This document shows, piece after piece, positions 1 to 10,300 of a DNA stretch of 57,474 bases; position 1 is the first letter of the stretch; each line of letters opens with the position of its first letter. This DNA comes from a virus (lineage: Duplodnaviria > Caudoviricetes). Position numbers and translations under genes: made by a program. The DNA is taken from positions 1 to 57,474 of the IMG/VR virus record IMGVR_UViG_3300046777_000741; one strand, 5' to 3'. The notes beneath the pieces are model-generated. The model did no database searches, had not been told where the DNA came from, and saw only the letters and a list, made by a program, of their open reading frames with translations.

Positions 1-93
1 GCCTTTCTGGACTGGGTCAAGGGTGGGGGGAAGGTGCTTCCGGGGCTGGTTCGCCGCCGGGAGGCTGAAAAGGCCCTTTTCCTGTCAAATTGA
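1..93 (+). CDS. Endolysin (GH24 lysozyme), C-terminal fragment
   Basis: Frame 1 reads AFLDWVKGGGKVLPGLVRRREAEKALFLSN*, the typical GLxRRRxAE C-terminus of phage lysozymes; the N-terminal part is at the other end of the window. Confidence 0.9.
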   Translation, partial: AFLDWVKGGGKVLPGLVRRREAEKALFLSN

Positions 94-107
94 CCGTTTT
101 TGGGTTG

Positions 108-136
108 GTGACAAACATGCCCCCCCAACTTAAAAT
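108..136 (+). promoter_or_regulatory. Sigma70-like promoter for the tail/ejection operon
   Basis: GTGACA (108-113), 17 nt, TAAAAT (131-136), intergenic, upstream of AAGG and the next start. Confidence 0.6.
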
Positions 137-162
137 TCACACAATATAGAAAGGTGACCAGC

Positions 163-798
163 ATGACGGTTGCGGCAGTAATGACCTACGACAGCTTGGT
201 CGAGAATATCCAGTCCTATCTGGAGCGTTCTGACGCCGCCACTCTCGACAAAATCCCGCTGTTCATCATGCTGGCGGAGCAGACCATTGCTTCCCAGATC
301 AAGTTCCTTGGCAACCTGACGGTGCAAACGAGCACCATGACCGCCGGCCAGAATGTGATCGACAAGCCGGCCCGGTGGCACAAGACGGTCTCCATGAACA
401 TTACAGTCAATGGCCGGCGCCAGCCCGTGCTGATCCGCAAGTACGAGTACATGCGCGAATACTGGCCTGATCCGGCGTCGACCTCGGTTCCCAAGTTCTA
501 CTGCGACTACGACTACACCCACTGGCTGGTGGCCCCCACCCCGGATGCGGCATACAACTTCGAGGTGCTTTACTACGAGCGCCTTCAGCCGCTGGATTCG
601 TCCAACCAGACCAACTGGTTCACCATCTACGCCCCGCAGGCACTGCTGTACGGCTCTCTCCTGCAAGCTATGCCGTTCCTCAAGAACGATGAGCGTGTGC
701 AACTGTGGCAGGCCATGTATCAGCAGGCGATGGATGTGCTGGTGGCTGAGGACAAGCTTCGCGTGGCAGACCGTCAGGCTGTTGCGATTGACAGTTAA
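163..798 (+). CDS. Tail adaptor / tail tubular protein A-like
   Basis: ~210 aa with ..VAPTPDAAY..LYY..NWF..AP.ALLYGSL pattern seen in podophage adaptors; position before the nozzle gene. Start 163 (ATG) or 154 (GTG). Confidence 0.6.
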   Translation: MTVAAVMTYDSLVENIQSYLERSDAATLDKIPLFIMLAEQTIASQIKFLGNLTVQTSTMTAGQNVIDKPARWHKTVSMNITVNGRRQPVLIRKYEYMREYWPDPASTSVPKFYCDYDYTHWLVAPTPDAAYNFEVLYYERLQPLDSSNQTNWFTIYAPQALLYGSLLQAMPFLKNDERVQLWQAMYQQAMDVLVAEDKLRVADRQAVAIDS

Positions 799-807
799 GG
801 ATTGACC

Positions 808-2046
808 ATGAGCTTCAATAGCCCGTTTACCGGCAACGTGGTGCAACCCACGGATGTCTCCTACCGAGCGATCACCCTAACGGCCAATACCCAGTTGGAG
901 TGGCCGATCAACGGAAACGCCACGGACGACTACAGCGCCCGGATCATGGATGTGACGGCCTCCTCTGCGGGGCTGTCGCTCTATATGCCCCCGGCCAACC
1001 AGACCTCGGTGGGCAACGATGCGCTGATCCGCAACGTCGGTGCAAACACCTTCACGGTAACCACCTACAACGGCACGGGCACCATCATCTCTGTGGCCGC
1101 GGGTGAGGCCAAGTACATCTACATCAAGACCAATGCAACAGAAGCCGGAGTCTGGGGGAATATTTCGTTTGGCACCGGGACTTCTGCTGCTGACGCCGCC
1201 ACTTTGGCTGGCCTTGGTCTCGTGGCTTCTGGTGCTACGCTTAATCAGAGCCACCCTTCGGCGTCTCTAGTCGCCGCATACACCTTCGCTACCTCCGACC
1301 GGGCTCAGACCTATGTGTGGTCTGGCGGCGTGACCACGGCCACTTTGCCGGCCTCCTCGACTACCGGCAACAACTGGTTCGTTCTGTTCAAGAACAACGG
1401 CACCGGCACTGTCACGATCGGAACGACTGGCGGTGAGTTCATCGATGGTCTGACGACCAAGGCATTCGCTCCGGGTGAGTCGGCATTCATCATCTCCACT
1501 GGTGCCAGCTATGTGACCGTGGGGTATGGGCGCAGTACCGATTTTGAGTTTGGTGTTCTGACCAAGCCTGTGACCACGGGCTCGTATACCCTGACGGCCA
1601 GCGAGGCTGGAAACACGATCCAGTTCTACACCGGAACCCTCACGGGTAACGTGACGGTGACCTACCCGCCGGTGGTGAACCTGTATGTGATCTCCAACCA
1701 GACTGTGGCAGGGGGCTACTCCCTGACTGTGACCACCGGCCTTCCGGGAGCCGCAAGCGCCACCGTCCCCTCTGCTGGTCAGGCCACCCTGATCTGTGAC
1801 GGCACGAACTTCTACAACGCCAATACCACGCAGGCTGGCGCTACGTCCCTGAGCTTGCTCAACGGCTCGGCGGGCGCTCCTTCGCTGAACTTTGCCTCGG
1901 AGACCAATACCGGCGTGTATCGCCCTGGCGCTGGCCGCTTCGGCATTTCTGTGCTGAGTAACTTGGTGGCTGACTTTGATGCCAACGGGTTGACCATGCC
2001 GGGCACTGGTAATTTCGAGTCGGGCATCTCCGGTGGGGGCTTCTAA
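808..2046 (+). CDS. Virion structural / tail-associated protein
   Basis: Thr/Gly/Ala-rich beta-type sequence; C-terminal GSAGAPSLNF..NTGVY tail-fibre-like motif; ends ISGGGF like the fibre at 45407. Confidence 0.6.
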   Translation: MSFNSPFTGNVVQPTDVSYRAITLTANTQLEWPINGNATDDYSARIMDVTASSAGLSLYMPPANQTSVGNDALIRNVGANTFTVTTYNGTGTIISVAAGEAKYIYIKTNATEAGVWGNISFGTGTSAADAATLAGLGLVASGATLNQSHPSASLVAAYTFATSDRAQTYVWSGGVTTATLPASSTTGNNWFVLFKNNGTGTVTIGTTGGEFIDGLTTKAFAPGESAFIISTGASYVTVGYGRSTDFEFGVLTKPVTTGSYTLTASEAGNTIQFYTGTLTGNVTVTYPPVVNLYVISNQTVAGGYSLTVTTGLPGAASATVPSAGQATLICDGTNFYNANTTQAGATSLSLLNGSAGAPSLNFASETNTGVYRPGAGRFGISVLSNLVADFDANGLTMPGTGNFESGISGGGF

Positions 2047-4322
2047 TGACCAAAAAGGTCTTTGCGCTCGATACGCAACCGGGCATCCAGCGAGATGGAA
2101 CCTTGTTCGACAAGGAGTTCTATGTCGATGGCCGCTGGGTGCGTTTTCAGCGTAAGCGCCCTCGCAAGATCGGCGGCTACCGCCAGATCACAGATAACAT
2201 CGCTGGCCCCTCGCGGGGCATCTTTGTTGTCCCTCGCAACAATTTCAACAACATCTACAGCGGCTACTCCGATGGCCTTCAGGTGATCCCGGTCGATGCG
2301 AACGGCACCGGTTCGGGTATCACTGACTACACCTTCGGCGGCTCGATCTCCACGGTCAATACGATCGTTGGCGGATCGGGCTACACCAACGCCACCTACA
2401 CCGCCGTCCCGCTGTCCTATGTGACCTCAGGCTTTGGCTCTGGCGCAACAGCCACGATCGTGGTCTCCGGGGGCGCTGTGACCTCCGTGACCATCACTGG
2501 CGCTGGATACGGCTACGTTCCCTACGACAAGCTCACGGCGGCCAATACCTACCTTGGCGGGGCGGGATCTGGCTTCTCGCTTCAGGTGGCCACCACGAAC
2601 TCGTGCTTTACGCCGTCGCCCTATAACCTGTGGCAGTTCGACACCTTTACTGATGCCTCTGGTTCTGGCAATAACTACCTGCTGGCGCACCCCTCCCGGG
2701 ATCTCAACGATATCGACGATGAGACCAATACCCCGGTTCTGGCCGGCCCGATTGGGTCAACCAACCTCAAGCCGGTAGGAGTGTTTACCGATACCGCTGC
2801 GCTGACCAGCGGCTCCTCGACCATCACTCTTGCTGCTGCCAACTTCAACGTGGGTGCTGGCCAGCTTGTGACCGGGCCCGGCATCCCTGCTGACACCCGC
2901 GTTGTCTCTGTCTCCTCGACTACGGTGGTTCTGGACAAGAACGCCACCGCGACGATTGCTGCCGCCTCCATCACCTTTGACAACGAGATCAGTGTCTCCG
3001 GTGGTGTGGTCTCGCTGCACCCGTATGTGTTCGTGTACGGCAACGATGGCCTGATCAAGAACTGCGCCTCTGGCAACCTTGATGACTGGGTCTCCGCGGA
3101 AGCCAACGAGGTCAACGTGGCTACCGGAAAGATCGTGCAGGGCTTCCCTGTCCGCGGTGGCTCTAACTCTCCCTCGGGCCTGTTCTGGAGCCTCGATAGC
3201 CTGATTCGGGTGTCCTTTGCGCCGACTTCGCTGGGTATCGGCGGCACCAACAACTTCGCAGCCCCTACCTTCTGGCGCTACGACATCATCACCAGCCAGT
3301 CCTCGATCCTGTCGTCTCAGTCGATCATCGAGTATGACGGGATCTATTACTGGTGCGGGGTTGACCGCTTCCTGCTGTACAACGGTGTGGTCAAGGAGAT
3401 CCCTAACCCGATGAACCAGAACTGGTTCTTCGATAACCTGAACTACACCCAGCGCCAGAAGGTCTATGCGACCAAGGTGCCGCGCTACGGCGAGATCTGG
3501 TGGTTTTACCCCCGCGGTGACTCTACCGAGTGCAACGATGCGATCATCTACAACATCCGCGAGGGTACTTGGTATGACGCAGGAACCGCCCTTGGAGCCC
3601 GCCGCTCTGCCGGCTACTTCTCGCAAGTGTTCCGCTTCCCGGTCAATGCTGGCTGGGAGCCCAACTATGTAGGCGGCGTCCTGAATGTGACCATCACCGA
3701 CCCTGGCACCGGGTACACCGATGGCACCTACTCCTACGAGGCCCTGACCGGAGGCACTGGATCTGGCGCTACGGCCACTATTGAGGTGGTCGGTGGCGAG
3801 GTGATTAAAATTGAGATCAACAACCGCGGCACTGACTTTACGGTGGGAGATCTTCTAACCGCCAGCATTCCTGGCGGCTCTGACTTCGAGATCTCTGTCG
3901 AAAGCACCATGAACTTCGTGTCTCTATGGCAGCACGAGGTGGGCACGGACGAGGTCAGGTTTGCTGAGTCAAACGCGATTGAGGCTTTTGTCGAGACCAG
4001 TGACCTCGGATGGGTGGCCGGCGGCCCCTCTCAACCCTCTCCGGTAGGTGAGAACCGCTGGCTGCATCTGGAGCGTCTGGAGCCTGACTTCATCCAGTCT
4101 GGTGACATGGAACTTTATGTGACGGGTCGCTCCTACGCTCAGGGCGAGGACAAGACCACTGGGCCGTATACCTTCGCCCCGGGAACCACGAAGATTGACC
4201 TGCGTGAGCAGCGCCGAGAGCTTCGCCTGAAGTTTGTCTCGAACGTCTCTGGAGGCAACTTCCAGATGGGTAAGGTTATCGTCAACGCAGACCTCGGAGA
4301 TACTCGTGGCTATACCTCTTAA
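2046..4322 (+). CDS. Tail nozzle / DNA stabilisation protein (P22 gp10 / T7 gp12 analogue)
   Basis: 758 aa, beta-propeller-like aromatic repeats (EIWWFYP, IIYNIREGTWY), with inserted GSGATAT..G.GY repeats; located between adaptor and ejection genes. Confidence 0.65.
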   Translation: MTKKVFALDTQPGIQRDGTLFDKEFYVDGRWVRFQRKRPRKIGGYRQITDNIAGPSRGIFVVPRNNFNNIYSGYSDGLQVIPVDANGTGSGITDYTFGGSISTVNTIVGGSGYTNATYTAVPLSYVTSGFGSGATATIVVSGGAVTSVTITGAGYGYVPYDKLTAANTYLGGAGSGFSLQVATTNSCFTPSPYNLWQFDTFTDASGSGNNYLLAHPSRDLNDIDDETNTPVLAGPIGSTNLKPVGVFTDTAALTSGSSTITLAAANFNVGAGQLVTGPGIPADTRVVSVSSTTVVLDKNATATIAAASITFDNEISVSGGVVSLHPYVFVYGNDGLIKNCASGNLDDWVSAEANEVNVATGKIVQGFPVRGGSNSPSGLFWSLDSLIRVSFAPTSLGIGGTNNFAAPTFWRYDIITSQSSILSSQSIIEYDGIYYWCGVDRFLLYNGVVKEIPNPMNQNWFFDNLNYTQRQKVYATKVPRYGEIWWFYPRGDSTECNDAIIYNIREGTWYDAGTALGARRSAGYFSQVFRFPVNAGWEPNYVGGVLNVTITDPGTGYTDGTYSYEALTGGTGSGATATIEVVGGEVIKIEINNRGTDFTVGDLLTASIPGGSDFEISVESTMNFVSLWQHEVGTDEVRFAESNAIEAFVETSDLGWVAGGPSQPSPVGENRWLHLERLEPDFIQSGDMELYVTGRSYAQGEDKTTGPYTFAPGTTKIDLREQRRELRLKFVSNVSGGNFQMGKVIVNADLGDTRGYTS

Positions 4323-4569
4323 TCCACAGTCTCCACTGGTCTATGACCCTCGCTACCAGACCTTCGAGGACTGGGCCTCGCTGATGTGTGAGCAGTATGC
4401 TGGTCAGCAGCTTCAGATTCCTACTCCTGATATGGAGTGGAAGTCATGGGCTGCTGGATTGAACGCGATCGATGTGTTCACGAACAACGCCATCCCAGAT
4501 CCTTACGGCTTCGATAATTGGCAGGACTGGGCCGCCTCGCTGGTGAACGTAATGAACGGCGGAACCTAA
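4306..4569 (+). CDS. Hypothetical virion-associated protein (Trp-rich)
   Basis: GTG start after GGAGA; DPR..F.DWA..W..WA..W.DWA pattern; tightly coupled to neighbours. Confidence 0.6.
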   Translation: MAIPLNPQSPLVYDPRYQTFEDWASLMCEQYAGQQLQIPTPDMEWKSWAAGLNAIDVFTNNAIPDPYGFDNWQDWAASLVNVMNGGT

Positions 4570-4572
4570 GAC

Positions 4573-7500
4573 ATGAAGAGAAAAAAGTCAGGTGCCCTCC
4601 AGCTTGCCGTTGGCGGCATGGCTGACCCCATTGCTATTGATGAAACTCCCAATTATGAGGACATAGTTCGTCAGGCGTATGGGAGCATCGGTCGCACCGG
4701 CGTAGGTGATGCGCCATCTAACATTGACCCCGAGGGTTTCGACTATTGGGTCAATACCTTGAAGACTGGCGCCTCGACGCCTGAGGCTTTCCAGCGCAAC
4801 TTCCAGACTGCTGTCCAAGACTATCTGCAAACCAAGCCGACAGATGAGGTCAGCCAGTACGTCAATCAATTTATTTCTAGCCCGGATTACGTTAATCCGT
4901 TGGCCGACGATGCCGCAAGCGCAGCAACCTCAGATGTATCTGGCGCCGAGACCGCCACATCGGCGGCAGACTCAACACCTGCTGTCCAGATGGTGCGGGA
5001 CTACCGTGGCCAAGAGTACAACCCAAATGAGGTATTGAAGCTCGCCCAGCAGGTGGCAAGCAATTTCGACACCTCCAGCATGAGTGGTGGCGTGTTTGGC
5101 ACCACCGGCGAGAGTGTGGGCTTCAACTACGAGGATGCCCTGAGGATCACCGGAAACAGCGCCCTGACTGCGCCTCAGCAGGTGGCTCTGGACATGGCTC
5201 GTTACTTGATTGATCAGGGCATCACTGACCTGAGCCAAATCCAAAGGCAAGAAATTCGAGAGAGCCTTCCGGTTTCCACCGTTTATGATGAATCTGGAGC
5301 CATGATTGGTTATCGGGCGGAATTTACGAATCCGTCCACCGGTGAAGTCACTTCTCGATATTTGAGCCCGGAAGAAGTTGCTCGTATCTCTTCGGTTGAA
5401 AAGACCAATGAAGAGGGGATTCCGTTCTCTCAACAAATTTTGGCTGATACCCCGCTGGGTTATCGATTGAATTTGCCGGGAGGATCTCAGTTGGCCAGTG
5501 CGGGTCTGGGTGAAATAGCCTCTGTGCCGATTGGCTCTACCTATACCGGCCCGGGCGGGACTCACTATTACCTGACCTATGACCCGGCCACCGGCCAGTA
5601 CAAGTTCAATACCGTTGGTGCCTCTAGCTCTGATCTAGAAGCCATTCAGCCATTCCTGACTGTTGCGTCTTTTATCCCGGGCGTAGCTCCGTTTGCTCAA
5701 GCTGCCAACGCGGTGATTGCGGCTAGTCAGGGAAATTATCTGGGCGCTGCACTCGGTGGTTTAGGCGCTTACGGCAGCTATCTCGGGGCAGAACTTGCTG
5801 CCGCCTCGAACCCGCTGTCTGCTGCTGCTGTCAACGGCATGGATCTGGCCAGTGATCTGGCCACCATGGGATCGACTACCGCCCAGACTCTGGCCAACGT
5901 AAATCTTGCAAGGGCCGGGATCGCTGGTCTTAATGCTCTGAATACGGGCAACGTGGGCGGCGTACTCGATGCCGCGCTTTCTGGGTATACGCAACTTGGC
6001 GGAACGCTCCCATCTGGCGTGGCCACTGGTGTTCAGGTTGGCAACCTGCTGATGGCCGTCAACAGGGGCGATGCGGCTGGAGCACTGAACGCAGCCGGCG
6101 ATCTGGCCGGCAGTAGCGATTTAAAGGTGGCCGCCTCTGGCTTGAGACTGCTCAACGCTCTTGAGTCTGGCGACCCGTTGGCCATCGTTGATGCGGCCAC
6201 TAACTTTGGCAGCAGGGTCTCTTCTGGCACCTCCAACGCAACAAATAACGCCTACGCGACCGCCATCCGATCTGGTGCTACGCCCGATGAGGCGCTGGCT
6301 GTTGCCAATGCAGTCTCCGGTGGGGACGTAACGGGCACCGAGCTTGGCCCTCTTGATCGGGATGAGGGCGAGTTCGCAGGTCTGGATACCGCGGCAGAGC
6401 AGACCCGTGCTGCAAATACGGTGACGATTGACAACTCCGAAGCAGATACTTTGGAGGAGGCGGCTGCTCTGGCGTCCGCACGGAATCCGACCGCAACCGC
6501 ATTCACCTTCGGCGGGAACACCTACAACATCAGCGCCTCCACCGATCGCGTCAACAGCATGCTGCGCGACAACGATCTGGCGCAGATCGAACAGCTTCCC
6601 AACTTCAACGATGCGTACGCTCAGGCCCGTGATTTGCTGGGGCCGGGGAAGACGTTCTCGTGGCAGGGCCGTGAGTACAGCACCTCCACCCGTGAGGAGA
6701 ACCCCGCGCTGGCCGCCGCATCTGACGCCACGAGGTTCGGCGCTGGAGCCGGTCGAGGTTCTGCGGGGTCTTATGCCGGGTTCGATGCCGCCGCTGCCGC
6801 AGAGGCTGCCGGTAGGTCTGGGGCCGCTACAACTGCCACTGACCTAAATCTTCCGACTGACGCCACCTATGACGCCATGGGCAACCTTATCGGTGGCCAG
6901 ACTGTCATGGGCTCGCCCGATCTCAATACGGTCTCGGGTCGGATTGCGAACAGCGTGGCTGGCGCCATCAATACGTTTGCCAATCAGGTGGCCACCTATC
7001 CGTCCTCTGCGGTTCGCGCTGGTGGAAACCTGCTCAGTAACGTAGGTGGCGTGATTGATCTTGCTGCCGGCACTTCTACGGATGCCGGGAACAAGCTGCG
7101 CGAACTGGCCGGTCAGGTAGATAGGTTCGCCAACTCTATTGAGAACCCGCAGGTTAGGGCGCAGCAGCAGGCCATCGGCAGCGCGATTGATCAAGCCGAA
7201 GGTGTTTTGGGCAAGACCGCCGCGTTTGGTAGCGCCATTCTCAACAACCCCCTTGGCGCTACCGGCTGGGTCTTTACGGAGGCTTTTGAGGAAGTGCCCG
7301 GAGTTGGTCTGGCCTTGAAGGCTGGCAGCAAGCTGGGTATGTACGGCATCTTGGTTGTCAACGACATGGTCGAGTCTGGCGGATCTGCCTACAACGACAC
7401 CTACAAAGCCGCGATTGCCAAGGGCATGCCCGAACAAGAAGCCCGCGATGCTGCCCGCAACGCCTCCCTTACATCCATGATGGCCACGGGCGTGACTCAG

Positions 7501-9282
7501 GGTTTGGTTGAGGGCAAGATTATTTCCAGAATGGTCGGGCGTGAGACGATCGGCGAGGGAGTTGAGGGGGCTGCTCAGTCCGTGGCTTCTCAGCTTGCTC
7601 TTGGCGAGGCGGTTGATCCCAACAAGGTCATCAAGAGCGCACTGATTGAGGGTGCGGTGGGTAAGGGCGCAAGCTCTACCGCAAGCGGCATCACGGCCAC
7701 CAACGATGCTGTCGTTTCTATTAACTCGGCCATCTCTTCTGCGGTAGCCTCTGGAGATACGCAGAACCTGCCGGCAACCATCTCTTCTTCCATCAAGTCG
7801 GCGGTTGAGTCTGGGGCTGACGCATCCACTGTAATTTCTTTGGCCGTTGATTCTGCGATTGATGCGGGGGCGGGGGTCGGGGAAATTGTTTCTTCCGCTG
7901 TAAATTCTGCCGTCGATTCCGGAGCGGATGTTGCAACCGCAATTTCTTCTGCGGTCGGGTCTGCCGTATCCTCTGGCGCGGACGCTTCTGAATCGGTTGT
8001 GTCTGCTGTCAATTCGGCCATCAACTCCGGCGCTGACGCCACTGTGGCCATCACCTCCTCGGTGACCTCTTCAATCAATGCTGGAGCCAATGCTTCCACT
8101 ACGGTAGCCTCTTCAGTGGGGTCTGCTGTTGCGGCTGGAGCAGATGTGAACACGGCTATCGCCGCTGCGGTTGAGGCCGCAACGAATGCCGGCTCGAATG
8201 TTCAGGTCAACTCCACGGTCAACCCCGACACAAATGTCTCGACCATTACCGCTGTTGACACCAATACCGGGGTGACCACCAACGTCACGGTTGATCCTTC
8301 GACCAAGACTGTCACCACGGTCACTGTGGACTCCACCACCAATACCGAGACCAAGGTTGTCACCAATACCGACACCAATACCTCGGTGACGACCAAGTCT
8401 GATCTGCCCGGCGGTGAAGTCTCCTCGGCGGGCGATGTAACTGCCAGCACAACCGGCGGCACAGAAGTCACCCAAGCCGAAGGGGCCGAGGCGGCTACAT
8501 CGACAACCGCTCCGACTACCGCAACCAGAGCCACAACCACTACCCGCCCGTCCCTGCCGGCCTCTGGGGGTCTGGCCGCTGGAATGCTCGGTGGTTTGAT
8601 GGCTCCCGGCCCCGCTCAGAATCCCCTTGAGGCCATGATGCTCAAATCGTGGGAGACGCAAAAGGCCGTAGATCCTTTGGCTCAAGTTAGGGCCGCCCAA
8701 GAACAACTTGAAAGAGATTCCATGATCCAGAATCTAGATCCCCGTCTTCTTGCTGTTATCCAGCAGCGCATGGGACAAACCGGCGAGATGCCGCAGCAGC
8801 CTGTCGAGCAAGCCGCACAGGAACCTAGTTACTACTCCTACGGCTCCGAAGACAGCATCGATGACATCCTTGAGGGTATCAATCGCATCGGGGAGCCGGT
8901 CTACAAGCAGGGTGGATATGTGGCCCCCCTGATGGCCCAAGGCGGGATGGCGCTGCCTCTGCTGGCCAAGTCTGGAGGAGCTCTCCAGCAGGCTCACCGG
9001 GGTGGCCGGGAGGACTTCAAGGACGGCAAGCACGTTGCCGGCGATGGCGACGGGCAGTCGGACGACATCCCGGCGTGGCTGGCCGATGGCGAGTTCGTGT
9101 TCCCGGCGGATGTGGTTTCCGCCCTCGGAAACGGCTCGACCAAGGCCGGAACCGACAAGCTCTATGAGATGATGCACAGCATCCGAGACCGGGCTCGCTC
9201 CAAGGGGCCAAAAGATCTCCCGCCCCCGGCTTTGAAATCCCCGCTGGATTACCTAAAATCCGCTAAAAGGAGCGCCAAATGA
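4573..9282 (+). CDS. Large internal virion / DNA ejection protein
   Basis: 1569 aa, Ala/Gly/Ser-rich, hydrophobic segments, internal repeats, C-terminal GDGQSDDIPAWLADGEFVFPADVV domain. Confidence 0.65.
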   Translation: MKRKKSGALQLAVGGMADPIAIDETPNYEDIVRQAYGSIGRTGVGDAPSNIDPEGFDYWVNTLKTGASTPEAFQRNFQTAVQDYLQTKPTDEVSQYVNQFISSPDYVNPLADDAASAATSDVSGAETATSAADSTPAVQMVRDYRGQEYNPNEVLKLAQQVASNFDTSSMSGGVFGTTGESVGFNYEDALRITGNSALTAPQQVALDMARYLIDQGITDLSQIQRQEIRESLPVSTVYDESGAMIGYRAEFTNPSTGEVTSRYLSPEEVARISSVEKTNEEGIPFSQQILADTPLGYRLNLPGGSQLASAGLGEIASVPIGSTYTGPGGTHYYLTYDPATGQYKFNTVGASSSDLEAIQPFLTVASFIPGVAPFAQAANAVIAASQGNYLGAALGGLGAYGSYLGAELAAASNPLSAAAVNGMDLASDLATMGSTTAQTLANVNLARAGIAGLNALNTGNVGGVLDAALSGYTQLGGTLPSGVATGVQVGNLLMAVNRGDAAGALNAAGDLAGSSDLKVAASGLRLLNALESGDPLAIVDAATNFGSRVSSGTSNATNNAYATAIRSGATPDEALAVANAVSGGDVTGTELGPLDRDEGEFAGLDTAAEQTRAANTVTIDNSEADTLEEAAALASARNPTATAFTFGGNTYNISASTDRVNSMLRDNDLAQIEQLPNFNDAYAQARDLLGPGKTFSWQGREYSTSTREENPALAAASDATRFGAGAGRGSAGSYAGFDAAAAAEAAGRSGAATTATDLNLPTDATYDAMGNLIGGQTVMGSPDLNTVSGRIANSVAGAINTFANQVATYPSSAVRAGGNLLSNVGGVIDLAAGTSTDAGNKLRELAGQVDRFANSIENPQVRAQQQAIGSAIDQAEGVLGKTAAFGSAILNNPLGATGWVFTEAFEEVPGVGLALKAGSKLGMYGILVVNDMVESGGSAYNDTYKAAIAKGMPEQEARDAARNASLTSMMATGVTQGLVEGKIISRMVGRETIGEGVEGAAQSVASQLALGEAVDPNKVIKSALIEGAVGKGASSTASGITATNDAVVSINSAISSAVASGDTQNLPATISSSIKSAVESGADASTVISLAVDSAIDAGAGVGEIVSSAVNSAVDSGADVATAISSAVGSAVSSGADASESVVSAVNSAINSGADATVAITSSVTSSINAGANASTTVASSVGSAVAAGADVNTAIAAAVEAATNAGSNVQVNSTVNPDTNVSTITAVDTNTGVTTNVTVDPSTKTVTTVTVDSTTNTETKVVTNTDTNTSVTTKSDLPGGEVSSAGDVTASTTGGTEVTQAEGAEAATSTTAPTTATRATTTTRPSLPASGGLAAGMLGGLMAPGPAQNPLEAMMLKSWETQKAVDPLAQVRAAQEQLERDSMIQNLDPRLLAVIQQRMGQTGEMPQQPVEQAAQEPSYYSYGSEDSIDDILEGINRIGEPVYKQGGYVAPLMAQGGMALPLLAKSGGALQQAHRGGREDFKDGKHVAGDGDGQSDDIPAWLADGEFVFPADVVSALGNGSTKAGTDKLYEMMHSIRDRARSKGPKDLPPPALKSPLDYLKSAKRSAK
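7771..8202 (+). repeat. Eight tandem 18-aa (54-nt) coding repeats
   Basis: PATISSSIKSAVESGADA / STVISLAVDSAIDAGAGV / GEIVSSAVNSAVDSGADV / ... / NTAIAAAVEAATNAGSNV. Confidence 0.85.
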
Positions 9283-10286
9283 GCCTTTTCGATCCCGTCG
9301 CGCCACCGAACGTCACCAGCACCGAAACTACTGCGGCAGCAGCGCCGCAGTACCTGACCGATTACCTGACCAAACTTGCTGAGTCGGGGGTTGGCGCTCT
9401 GGGTACGACCTCTGCTGAAGGCACTCTGACCCCTTACACGGGCGAGGAGCTGATCGCCTCTCTGCCGCAGAACCTGAAAGACCTGTACGAAACTGCGCCG
9501 ACTACCCTGACGCGGTATCAGACGCCTATGGATGAGGCGCTGAAATCTCTTCAGTCGGGCGCTACAGGTGTCTCAGCCTCCGACATCTCGGCCTTCTACG
9601 ATCCCTATCAGCAGGATGTCATCGATGAGATGTCCCGCCAGAGCGCACAGAACGTCCAGCAGAGCATGCTGCCTGCGCTCAAGGCCGCATTTGCTGGGCA
9701 GGGCGCCTTCGGTAGCCGCCGCTACGCCGGAGCTCTAGGACAGGCCATGGGTGATGTCCAGCAGGATCTGCTGGGCCAGCAGGCCAAGCTGCGATCGGAA
9801 GGCTACAAGACGGCACTGGAGGCGGCTCTCAAGGAACGCGGCTACGACATCCAAGCCGGCCAAGGTCTGAGCACTTTGGGCTCGAACGAGGCTACTGCCG
9901 CATCGTCTGCTTCCAAGTCTTTGGGAGACATTGGCACTCAAGAGCTTGCCTACGAGCAGGCCAAGATGGATGCACCGCTGACCCGCGCAATGAATGTGGC
10001 TCAGATCCTTCGTGGCTACACCTACCCGACCACTACCGAGAAGAAGTACGAGGGCCCGGCTAGTGCTTACGGAACCTCGGCAATGGGTCAGGTTGCTGGA
10101 CTGGGCTCCTTGATCGGCTCCTTGTTCCCAACTTCAGTTGACCCGAGAACCGGTCAAGTTATCCAGTCTGGTATTGGCTGGAGCGGCCTGAGCACACTGG
10201 GTGATGCCTTCCGCAGCCTGTTCCCCAGCTCTAGTAGCTCAACTTCAACCGATTGGTCAAACGTACAGCCCAATACGCTTGATTGA
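9279..10286 (+). CDS. DNA ejection / pilot protein
   Basis: FYDPYQQDVID and QGAFGSRR motifs, Gln/Ala-rich helices, Gly-rich hydrophobic C-terminus typical of podophage ejection proteins. Confidence 0.6.
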   Translation: MSLFDPVAPPNVTSTETTAAAAPQYLTDYLTKLAESGVGALGTTSAEGTLTPYTGEELIASLPQNLKDLYETAPTTLTRYQTPMDEALKSLQSGATGVSASDISAFYDPYQQDVIDEMSRQSAQNVQQSMLPALKAAFAGQGAFGSRRYAGALGQAMGDVQQDLLGQQAKLRSEGYKTALEAALKERGYDIQAGQGLSTLGSNEATAASSASKSLGDIGTQELAYEQAKMDAPLTRAMNVAQILRGYTYPTTTEKKYEGPASAYGTSAMGQVAGLGSLIGSLFPTSVDPRTGQVIQSGIGWSGLSTLGDAFRSLFPSSSSSTSTDWSNVQPNTLD

Positions 10287-10300
10287 AGGCGAGAACAAAA

